From NCBI GenBank assembly GCA_043228905.1, contig JBHGNT010000020.1, forward strand, positions 8,060,001-8,124,000: DNA of 64,000 bases, in the 5' to 3' direction. The DNA comes from Azolla caroliniana (taxonomy: Eukaryota; Plantae; Polypodiophyta). Under the pieces are notes generated by a model, which did no database searches, was not told where the DNA came from, and saw only the letters and a program-made list of their open reading frames with translations. A program made the translations under genes and the position numbers. The first letter of the stretch is position 1. Each line of letters begins with the position of its first letter. Shown here piece after piece: positions 39,293 to 49,449 of the stretch.

Positions 39293-40509
39293 GTGTGGTT
39301 TTTCACACACGATATGAAAACTATTTAAAAATAATAATAATAAATAATAAAATAAGCATTTTATATTAGCTTAGTGGCTTGTTATAGAAATATGGATGTA
39401 CTCAAGAGCTTCAAAACGCATTTTACTTCATATAAAATAGACAAATACATATCAAGTTATGTGAACATGAAGTTTGAGAAGATAGGGAAAATAGAACATG
39501 ATTTATCTCACATAGATAGGAAACTTAAGGCCTTGACTATATAAGCACATTGAGATTCCATATTTTTCATTTGTGCTAAGAGCACTTTGGCCACTTTGTC
39601 TAGATTGATAAATGTGGCCAAGTTCCCAAAAACCGATTGACAATAAAATGGAACCGGAACCAACCGGTAAGCAAACCAGCACCGTCCGGTAATCAAACCG
39701 GAACCGGCCGGTAAGCAAACCGGAACCGGCTGGTAATCAAAATGGAACCGGCCGGTAAGTGAACCGGAATTGGCTGGAAATCAATTCGGAACCGGTCGGT
39801 AAGCCGGACACCAAATTGGAATCGACCGGTAAGCAAATCGGAACCGACTGGAAAGCAAACTGGAACCGACCGGCAATCGAACTGGAACCGGACTGGACGG
39901 ATTGGATGGGCGGCGATCGAGATGGACAGATGATTGGATCATGTGGCTAATTAAAGTAAAGTAAAGGAAACTAAAGTAAAGGCCATATGGACGGTCGCAT
40001 GCAACTAAAAGAAAAAGCCATGCAACTAAAAATGGATGCAACTAAAAGTAGAGTCCATGCAACTAAAAGTGGGCATGCAAAGTAACATTGAATGCTATGA
40101 TCAACAGAGAACTGCATATAAATTCCATTTTTTTTTCTGCACTCATTCTCTCTCTCAATTTTTATTTTCTTTTCCTTCTTAGCTCCCTTATCTTATCGAA
40201 GCCATAACACTCAAAAACCCTAATTTTCCCTACGGAAGCCATAACACTCAAAAACCTTAATTTTCCCTACGGAAGCCATATCTCTCAAAACCCCTAATTT
40301 TTCTTTTCTATTAATCTTAGTAAACCTAAAACTTCTGAATCCCAATCTTGGGACATATTGTAATTTCTTTTCCTTTGTTAATGAAAATGATTAAATTTCT
40401 TATTTTTGTTAATTGTTAAAAATATAAAAGCACGAATGTGATATCCTCTAGTCGGAGGCCCCGGGGTCCTGCCTCAAGTTCACGTATCCTCATCGTATTT
40501 TCGCGACAC
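39293..40509. mobile_element. Unclassified non-coding 1.2-kb insertion (probable non-autonomous DNA element)
   Basis: Splits the chromodomain; flanked by decayed 7-8-bp duplication (C)CGCTATC/(C)TGCCATC; GTGT...ACAC ends; internal arrays of (GG)AACCGG, ATGCAACTAAAA and GAAGCCATA repeats. Confidence 0.8.
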
Positions 40510-42071
40510 TGCCATCCTCGATTCCAAGATTGTTCGCAACAAGCTCTACTATTTAGTCGATTGGCTAGGATATAATCCCAATGAGCGTACTTGGGAACCA
40601 ATAGAGAGAACACTATAAAAGGAGGCACAAGGCATTATTTCGAACAAAATCGGTTCAACGCCAGTCTTAAGCCTCCTAGCTACTATTGTATATTCCCTTA
40701 ACATAATATATATCGTTTGTTATCCTCATTCTCTCTCTCTCACACACACACTCTCTCCTTCTCTCTAGAGTTCTACACCTCCCTTAGTACTAATCCTCAT
40801 CTTTTAGTACTAATTCCTTCTATGTTTTAGTACTGTTCCTGACAGTACTTCTCTGTCTTAGAACTGCTCCTGACAACATGAAGGTTGAAGCGAATTGGTG
40901 GAATGTAATTAATTCTGATAGGGATGTCAAATGTACAAGGTCTATGGTAGTTAATCATTTGTTGACATCTTGGCAAAGTATGTTGGATTTTGTGGAATGG
41001 CATCCCCCACAAGACAGGGGATGTGCCAATTCATTACAAATGGAGGTTTCATCAAGGTTGTTGAGGTGGGAAGGTAAACAAATTCTTAACCTTCAATTTA
41101 ATCGGATGGCTAGATTGGGTTTGGTAACAATTAAGGATGCTATGTTGGTTTCACAAAGAAGAGTAATGGCTTTTCGAACAATGAGATCAACATTTCGTAT
41201 TCCAGAAGGTTATAACTTTATTTGGGATAAGTTGCAACAAATACTATCTTCACATGAGCCAATTCCTAATTTAGATGGGCAATCTCAAGAGCTTGATTGG
41301 AAATAAGAGATTGACTATGATCTCAACGAATGTTGCTTATCACAAGTTGATTGACAAACATAAGTGGTTGGAAGAAAGGGTTATAAAGATATGGGGTTTT
41401 CATAAGCCCATTACTTGGTGGATTCATGTGATCAAGGCAGGTTTGTGTTCTCGATTGATGCTACGAGCCAAGGTATTTATTTGGAGAGTTATGGTTGGAG
41501 CTTTACCATTAGGCGATGCATTAAAAAAAGACATTACTAAAGGATTGTGTTTCTTTTGTTTGATGGAATTGGAACATAGTAGGCATTGATTTATTTCATG
41601 GCCGATGGCAAGGATGGTTTGGAGGTGTATCAATTTAGTGTGGATGTCTCTAACAGGAGTAAGTCTATCTTCCTTCAGTTGGGTTTTTGCACATATGGAG
41701 AACAATGAACCGATGTATCATTTTCAAATTAGTTTTGAGTTCTTGAGGTATTGGGGGCTATGGTTCAATTGGAATATGCGGAATGCCTTCATTTTTTATT
41801 CACAAGTTGGGGTGAGAAAATATGTTCTAAAGTTAAAAGGACTTCTTTTGTGGCAAATGACAGTGCTAGAGAAGTCATGAAATCTCAACCAGGAAGAGAG
41901 AAAACTCTGCAGGTCACATATCATCATACTCGCCATTTGAATTGGTGTGTAGGGTGGCATTGAGTTTGGTATTGTAATATCCTTTAGATCCCTAGATGGA
42001 AGGGTTCTATACTTTGTAGTAAGTTAGTCATGGTGGTGTTTTTTTCTTTCGTAATGAAAACCATTATTTAC

Positions 42072-42074
<3 letters not shown>

Positions 42075-42149
<75 letters not shown>
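42075..42149. repeat. (GA)n microsatellite
   Basis: Perfect AG run. Confidence 0.95.
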
Positions 42150-42151
<2 letters not shown>

Positions 42152-43149
42152 CAAGTTTGATGAAAGAAAACGGTTTTGAAACCATGTGTTTATATGTAAC
42201 AGAGTGTCCAACAACCATGAAAAGTTCTTTTGTTACCATTACTATATCATGGTAGTATGTTGTTTTTTCATGTGAATTTTTGTTATACAACATCTATTAA
42301 GCTAGTAATCTTACATTAGTCCATGACTACTTGGTGTATTTTGTGGCCTCAGATTGAAGAATGATGGAATGAATGTTGTGATTTCACCATGTTTGCCTAT
42401 TTATTATATTCTATGTGCTTAGTACCCTTTTGACAAAAAAATGCATGCATAGTTTGTAAAAGAATGATTGTGTTTGGATGGTACTGAACTATGCGAAATA
42501 AAGTTAAACTTCTCAAGTATGTGAGCGTATTGGGCTACAATTGGTTATGTACTTAGTGAACTACATACAATGCGTTTTTGTATTCTACAAGGTAGGTGCA
42601 ATTTTAATAGATGTGACTTGCTAGTTTAGTATTAAGTTCATTTTGTACATGTTTATTATACTAAGTCTACTCTACAAAAAGGCATGTGTGGTTTATAGAG
42701 TACAATGTTCATTATATATTCTTAAGTTAATACTAATGTTATGGTGTCCTTGTTCTATGCCAACTAGGGCATAACCCCAAAACTGATTGGACTTCAAAGG
42801 GAGACCAGTCCCAGTCCCAAAAGGGGTGCCACCATGGGTTGTCCCAATCCTGTCCCAACGGGTAGTCCCACGGGACTTTTGATAACTAACAATTTAGATA
42901 GCATTATCTCAAAATAAATGTGTCTGTTACAATTGCAAAAATCACAATTCACATGTATTTAAAGGACTAAAGCACCACATATTTTGCATTTGTACAACTA
43001 AATATATAGGTACAAGTACATAATTTAATTGAAATTTGAAAAACTTGAGCGTTATCCCCCGAAGCCATATACATATCTAAGCCTCTAGCCATAATCCTTG
43101 GACACTCATCGTTATCCACAATCAATGTGACTACATCTAACAAGAAATA

Positions 43150-44100
43150 TGTCTTAGATAAGTTAACTGAGAAGAAATTTGAAAACTAGAAGTCGAAGAT
43201 AGAATTTGTTTTGGATATTGAAGGGCTTCTCGAGGTTGAGGATGGCACATGGGAAGGACCAATAAACAAAATGTCAGAAGAATGGAAAACATGGACAACT
43301 CGAGATAAAATGGCTCTCTTGGAAATCCTACTACATGTAGATGACAAGCAACTGACATTATTTGGAGACTCACCATGACTGTTGCAATGTGGGCAAAACT
43401 CAAAGACTTGTACGAGCCGCATGATGCTACACCTAAGTTACATCCAATAGGTGCATTATTCAATATGTGTGTGTTGTAGGAAGAGGAAGATGTTTCTACC
43501 TTCCTAGCTACCAGGGAAGAAGCCATGGACGATGTTATTACCGTTGACAACATGATCCCAAAAGGTATAAATGTAGGCTTAATACTAAAAAAACTTCCTA
43601 AATACTAGGGAACATTCAATATCATGAACAACAACAATAAACCGCTTCCAAAGTTACTTATAAAGATTCTTCATGAAGACATTCAATGACAAAAAACGCG
43701 GCAAATCAGCCAATGACCATGGTTTCTTCAGTCAACAAATACCAACAATATCAACCAGCAAATCGATATCGACATAAATCTTGGAAAGGAAAAGCCCTTG
43801 AGTCAAATAAATCAAGTAACAAGAATGATGGATCCATAGAGAATTTATACACATGACACTTAACAAAGTGTAGGTTTCCAGGTGACATGGATGTACTGTA
43901 AAAGGGATGGACATACAGAAAGTGTGTGTTGATTCAAGCTTGGCTGATCTAAATCCAGTAAGCCAACCACAACCATACAATGTGGAGATCCAAGAAGTTA
44001 ATGAGGATAAATCTGAACATTCCTCAGATAATGGAGAAGATCAAACCAAAGATGTATAACTCTAAGTATCACATTCTAGACTTGAACCCTCTAACTTGTA
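43150..44100 (+). mobile_element. Highly decayed Copia gag remnant
   Basis: KLTEKKFEN*KSKIEFVLD...WTTRDKMALLEILLHVDDKQL...MWAKLKDLYEP across frameshifts, a typical Copia gag N-terminus. Confidence 0.6.
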
Positions 44101-44117
44101 ACACACCCAATACATAG

Positions 44118-44930
44118 TGTTGTGTTAAATAAACCATATGGAAACTCTTGAGTTATATATAATTTTATATATGGTATAGTCTAGAAGCATATAGTACATT
44201 CCAAAATACTCTAGTTGTTAGTATATTCTATGGTATATGCTAGATGAGTATATTCTAGAGATATTTCTTGGGTATATTCTAGAGATATTCAATCTCGGAA
44301 AGTCTTGTATAAATGTGTGTTCACCTAGATTACAATCAAGGTGAACAACACTAGTTACAGAGTCTTTCAATTCATCAACTTATCCATTCGAGTTTCTTCT
44401 AGTCTCTTGTGCATATTATCTATCCGCGACAGTTTGTCCACCTTCCCATTCTCATAGCTCTCCCTCTCATTAGTTGTAGCCATGTCCGACCCAACCCGTG
44501 ACTTAAGCCAGATAATGGCAGCCTTACGACAACTCCAACTTGAAAATGAAGCTCTTTGGGATTCTTTACGACAACTTCACGGCGACACCGCAATCTAGCC
44601 CAGAGCCCAATCTTCCACCGACATCTAGCCTAGCTTCTTCTTGTTTTCTTGAGCCTAAGGTTAGCCTCCCAATTTTTTTTGATGGAACAAGGTCATGTTT
44701 CCGGGGGTTCGTCAACTAGATTCATCTTATCATTCGGCTACAACCTCAACGTTATGCAAATGGTCTTCGACAAGTTGGCCTTGTGGACACCCTCCTCTCC
44801 AGTCCGGCCCAAGCTTGGTTTGCACCATTAGTAGAAACTTCTTCACCTCTATTGGAGGACATTTCCGCCTTCCTCGCCGAGTTAGAGGCCACGTTTGGAG
44901 AGACATACCGATGACGTACAACCTATTCGA
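44118..44930 (+). mobile_element. Truncated third Tcn1-like chromovirus (5' LTR 44118-44431 plus gag start)
   Basis: TGTTGTG...CGCGACA LTR; gag MSDPTRDLSQ...EPKVSLP.FFDGTRS.FRGF...AWFAPL homologous to the gags at 23600 and 49490. Confidence 0.8.
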
Positions 44931-45059
44931 GTCAATCGTCAAGGATGGGGAACAAAGAGCAACAATATATAATGAAGAACACCAAGATCACATACATAGA
45001 CAAGATGAACAAGTGATAAAACACAACTTAGCGAGATCAAGAAGGTTGAACAAAGAAAC

Positions 45060-45392
45060 TATTGAGCGAGTAAGCTCAACATATCCGGATCGGCTGAATA
45101 AGCTAAGAGCCGGATCGGTGTCCAGTAAGGTGAGCCGGATCGGAGAGCCGAACCCATGTGTGAACTTGTAGGCCGTTGGAGGCCTATGCTCCTAGTCTAC
45201 TAGGTAGTTATTGTTTTAGGAGTTAGTGTCAGTAGCTTAGTACGACCATTGAAGTACTTGTCAGTACTTCTGTCAGTCCTTTTGAGGACTTGAATAAAAA
45301 GTGCTCTAAAGCACATTTGTATGTACAGAGTCATAGAGTATTTTTTATATAGAGTTTTATTGTTATGCTCTCTCTGTCTCTCCTGCATACTC

Positions 45393-45424
<32 letters not shown>

Positions 45425-45771
45425 ATTCAAGCTTCCATTAAACCTTCATTCCGTTTTCCGTTGCTATCCGACAGAACTGGTTGTGTCTACAAGCTTCCAC
45501 ATGCTATTTTTACATGGTATCAGAGCACGAGGGTTAGAACATCCTCTGTTGCCAACAAGAGTTGTAACACAGACAAACCCTAATACCCGATAAGAACAAA
45601 TAGAAGAGAAAATGTACAGAAGCAAGACAAGATCGACAGAAACAACTTCACGTCTTGGTCTTACAAGATGCACTAGTACCTATTGGGCCATGACTACTGG
45701 AGTTATGTCGAAAGAGCAAATGTGGTAGCACCGGAGCCGGTAAACAAGGACTTCCCAGTATGGGAACAAGC
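45060..45771 (+). mobile_element. Copia 5' LTR (45060-45514), iMet PBS (45515-45526) and gag start
   Basis: T(A)TTGAGCG...TTTACA followed by TGGTATCAGAGC; gag DRNNFTSWSYKMH...WEQA is cut by the next LTR. Confidence 0.85.
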
Positions 45772-45902
45772 TGTTGGCATAAAAGGCCGACTCCTTCCAC
45801 TTTGTATCCTAGTGTGTGATCTCGTCCATATAGTTGGGGCTTAGTATATAAGTGATAACCTAACGTTGTAAGCCACGTTTGATCATTTTAGTAACGAGTC
45901 TC

Positions 45903-45955
<53 letters not shown>

Positions 45956-47340
45956 AGAAATAAAGAGAGCTTCCATTAAAGCTTCATTTGTGCGTCTATA
46001 TCTTCTTGCCTTCCTTCTGTGTTGTTTGCTGAGCATAACTGACAGGTCCTCACATACGTTTCCACGCATATCTCTCTTGCAATTGGTATCAAAGCCATCC
46101 GCGGCTCGGCGGCAACAAACAACAAAAAAAAAGCTAAAAGGAAAAAGACCAGGTTTGCAAATCTCACTTTGAAAAGAATCATGACATTAACATCTGGGTA
46201 CAGGAGTTGAGATGCGAAAATTCGACATCAAAAACTTTGCCCTATGGAAGGAAATGATGCAGGACGTACTGATTATTCAAAGACAGGTCGAGGCCATTCG
46301 ACACTCCAAAAGGCTTGCTTCAATGCCAACTGATGAGTGGAGATCAATGGACGAAATTGCACACTCCAGTATTTGAATGCACCTAACCGAAAATGTCTAC
46401 TTCAACATGGCAAAAGAGACGACATAGTTCTCATTATGGGAGAAGCTACAAGCCATGTACGAGAAAAATCCTGATCATCAAAACTGATCTTGATCAAACA
46501 ACTGTTCAACATGAAGATCAGAGACTAATCCGGCTACCTCTCACATCAACACCTTCAACCGGGTGTTGTCAGAACTCTCCTCACAAGGGATCAACTTCGA
46601 AGAAGAAGTGAAAGCCCTTGCCCTCCTATCGAGCTTGTCCATGAGTTGGGAGGTATTCTGCACGACATACGCCAATTGTCGACCGATCCTAAATCTGGAT
46701 GAGACTATTGGCCAAGTCCTCACCGAGGACATTCGGGGAAAATAGATGGGACTCACCATCGATGAATCGGCATAAGCCCATCACTCTACCAAGTCGAACG
46801 AGAGAACAAGCCGACAGAATCGGTGGGAATACCAACCGATCAAAAACGAGGGGAGACCAACAACGGTCGAAGTCGAGAATAGGCTGATCAGGCGAATTCT
46901 GCACACACTGTAGAAAAGTTGGCCACAATGTTTCCGACTGTTGGTCAATCAAGAGAAAAGAGAGTGGTTAGTGATCCGAGCGGAATTGAGGACGACCCGA
47001 CTCATACCACTTTCTAGTCGGCAACGAAGTTAATGTTATCGACACCCGATCCGGAGATATTCTCTCCTTAGAGGAATTGACGATCGGAGAAGTCCTCTAC
47101 AGTGCACAAGATGCACATACGTGGTTACTAGATTCTGGTGCCACATTCATGGTTTTTGAACTATTCAGCCGACGCCAATGGCACAATCCGACTAGGAAAC
47201 GAGCAGGAGTGCAAAATAATAGGGACCGAAGAGGTCCCCATAAGATTGCCAAAAGGCAACACAATAACCCTGCACCGAGTTCGGCATGTACCTGATCTGA
47301 AAAGGATTCTAGTCTCCATCGGCATCCTAGCCGAAGCAGA
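45772..47340 (+). mobile_element. Truncated Tnt1-like Copia: LTR 45772-46081 with (GA)n, PBS, gag and protease
   Basis: TGTTGG...TTGCA then ATTGGTATCAAAGC; gag NFALWKEMMQDVL, knuckle CTHCRKVGH, protease WLLDSGAT. Confidence 0.82.
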
Positions 47341-48199
47341 AAACAAGACATGGGACCTGGTTGACGCCCCCAAAGGTATAAAGTCGATTCGATGCAAGTG
47401 GGTGTACAGGATAAAGTACAACGCCGATGGCTCTGTCAACCGATACAAGGCCCAACTTGTGGTCAAGGCTATGCATAGCAACACAACATCGATTACGATG
47501 AGATGTTTGCACCAGTCGCGAAGATGACGACCATTCATGTCTTGCTAACGGTAGCCGCAGCAAAGGGGTTGTGTAAAGAATAGCATGCGGAAGCTTGTAG
47601 ACAAACCAACTCAGCCGGATTACTATAATAAGATAGAGAATGAGGGTTTAATGGAAGCTTAGAATACACAGTATATGGGAGTGGGAGAGACAGAGAGAGT
47701 AGAACATAAACTGTATTCAAAATAATAACACTTTGTATATACAATGTGCTCAGTGAGCACTTTTATACAAGTCCTTGCATGGACTAACAGAAATATTGAC
47801 AAGTACTTCAATCCTCATACGAGTGACTGACAATGACTCCAAGGAATATGCCTATGTACTAGGCTAGGCCTCTAATGCCCTACCGATTATAGACTGATCT
47901 GTCTCCTGGTTTCAGATACCCAACCGGCTTATTCAGCCGATCCGGATCTGGTTGAGCTTTGTCCGCTCAACAATCCCCCTCAAAAGCTCAACTTGAGGTC
48001 GGATCATAGTGTTTATGTTTGTGGTAGTCGGTCCTCTCCTCTGGCTCCCCCTGGCTTCCTCGACCTTCTCGGTTGGCTTTTGTCTACTCATAAGGCCCAT
48101 CTCAGCTCCTTTGTTATTGGGACTTCGGAGTTCTTGACCCATCGGTTCCTCTGTGTTGGTGTCGACCTCAGCTGCGTCCTTGGTCGTTTGGCCTTCAAT

Positions 48200-48910
48200 T
48201 GATCCGGTTCTCCACCGAACCAAACTCCTTTTCAGAAGCGACTGCCTTCGATTCGTTCCAGCTCTTTGTCCGGATTGGTTTTCTCTAATTCTTCTTTAGT
48301 CTTCAGGCCCTTTACCACATCGGACCACGTCCGGGTCTTTGACCGGAAGTCCTTAGAATTGGTTGCCTTCGATTCGTTCCAGCTCTTTGTCCGGATTGGT
48401 TGTCTCCAATTTGTCTTTAGACTTCAGGACCTTTACCACATCGGACCACGTCCCAGTCCTTGACCAGAAGTCCTTGATCCGGTTCCACCGAACCAAACTC
48501 CTTTTCAGAATCGGTTGCCTTCGATTCGTTCCAGCTCTTTGTCCGGATTGGCTGTCTCCAATTCGTCTTTAGTCTTCAGGCCCTTTACCACATCGAACCA
48601 CGTCCGGGTCTTTGACCGGAAGTCCTTAGAATCGACTGCCTTCGATTCGTGCTAGCTCTTTGTCCAGATTGGTTGTCTCCAATTCGTCTTTAGTCTTCAG
48701 GCCCTTTACCACATCGGACCGCGTCCGGGTCTTGACCGGAAGTCCTTCTCTGTTTCGCCTTCAATTGATCCAACTACACCGAATCAAACTCCTTTTTAGA
48801 ATTGGCTGCCTTTGATTCATTCCAGCTCTTGTCCGGATTGTCCGTCTCCAATTCTTCTTTAGTCTTCAGGCCCTTTACCACATTGGACCACGTCCGGGTC
48901 TTGGCCTTCT
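48200..48910. repeat. Five ~120-bp tandem repeats (periods 121, 152, 121, 170) in the 3' region of Copia C
   Basis: Units start with gcctt(c/t)gattc at 48244, 48365, 48517, 48638 and 48808. Confidence 0.9.
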
Positions 48911-48965
48911 TGACTTTGCCACCGTCACTGTCATGAGTATAGATGAAACCCCATGAGGTTTAGGG

Positions 48966-49020
48966 TGACTCGAACCCGTGACCTCCCAAGTAAAAGCACT
49001 CAGCTCTAGCCATTAGGTTA
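48966..49020 (-). promoter_or_regulatory. tRNA-like A-box/B-box cassette in the 5' LTR
   Basis: Minus strand TAACCTAATGGCTAGAGC...GGAGGTCACGGGTTCGAGTCA; T8 to T54 distance 46 nt. Confidence 0.7.
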
Positions 49021-49409
49021 TATATGTTGTACATAAAGATATTATAATTTACTTTATTATAATATTGATAATGTGACCCTATAAATATCCAAAGGGTGAC
49101 ATGACCCTTCAATATCCCAAAGGGTATCATGACCCTACAACATCCCATAGGGTATCATGACCCTACAAACATCCAAGGGGCACATACTACTCCTATATAA
49201 ATAGGACATATTGTATTGTTAGAACCATTCTGGTTCAACACTAGTCTTTGGCAAATATTCTAGCTCTTGCTCTTGTATATTTTTGTATTATAATAAAATA
49301 TAGTTATTGTTCTCTCATTCTTTTCCTCTCTTGTTCAATCTTCTTTTGTCAAGCTAGGGCCTTGACAGTTTGAACCAGAATATCTTCTCTCTTTCTCTCT
49401 CTCTTTCTC

Positions 49410-49449
<40 letters not shown>

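Larger units (their letters stand above)
23052..40875 (+). mobile_element. Tcn1-like chromovirus (Ty3/Gypsy), decayed, hosting three nested insertions
   Basis: 5' LTR ~23052-23501 (start eroded); partial 3' LTR 40605-40875; gag with CLYCGGQGH, protease LLDSGA, RT YLDD, RNase H, integrase (GYHPQTDGQAERTNQTLEQYLR) and split chromodomain VAAI-LDSKIVRNKLYYLVDWLGY. Confidence 0.92.
16920..42442 (+). mobile_element. L1-clade LINE, decayed, split by nested insertions (pieces ~16920-17341, 18705-21524, 22275-23051, 40876-42442)
   Basis: ORF1 with DUF4283-like region and zinc knuckle; ORF2 with APE endonuclease, RT and C-terminal zinc finger; possible 3' end cttttgacaaaaaaa near 42442; outer boundaries approximate. 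Confidence 0.85.

Noticed and set aside
16606-42149. LINE targeted into a (GA)n microsatellite
   Set aside because: GA tracts occur near both ends, but the LINE termini and TSD cannot be fixed and GA tracts are common here
42764-42890. hAT/MITE end (TAGGG start, GTCCC repeats)
   Set aside because: No matching opposite terminus or TSD found
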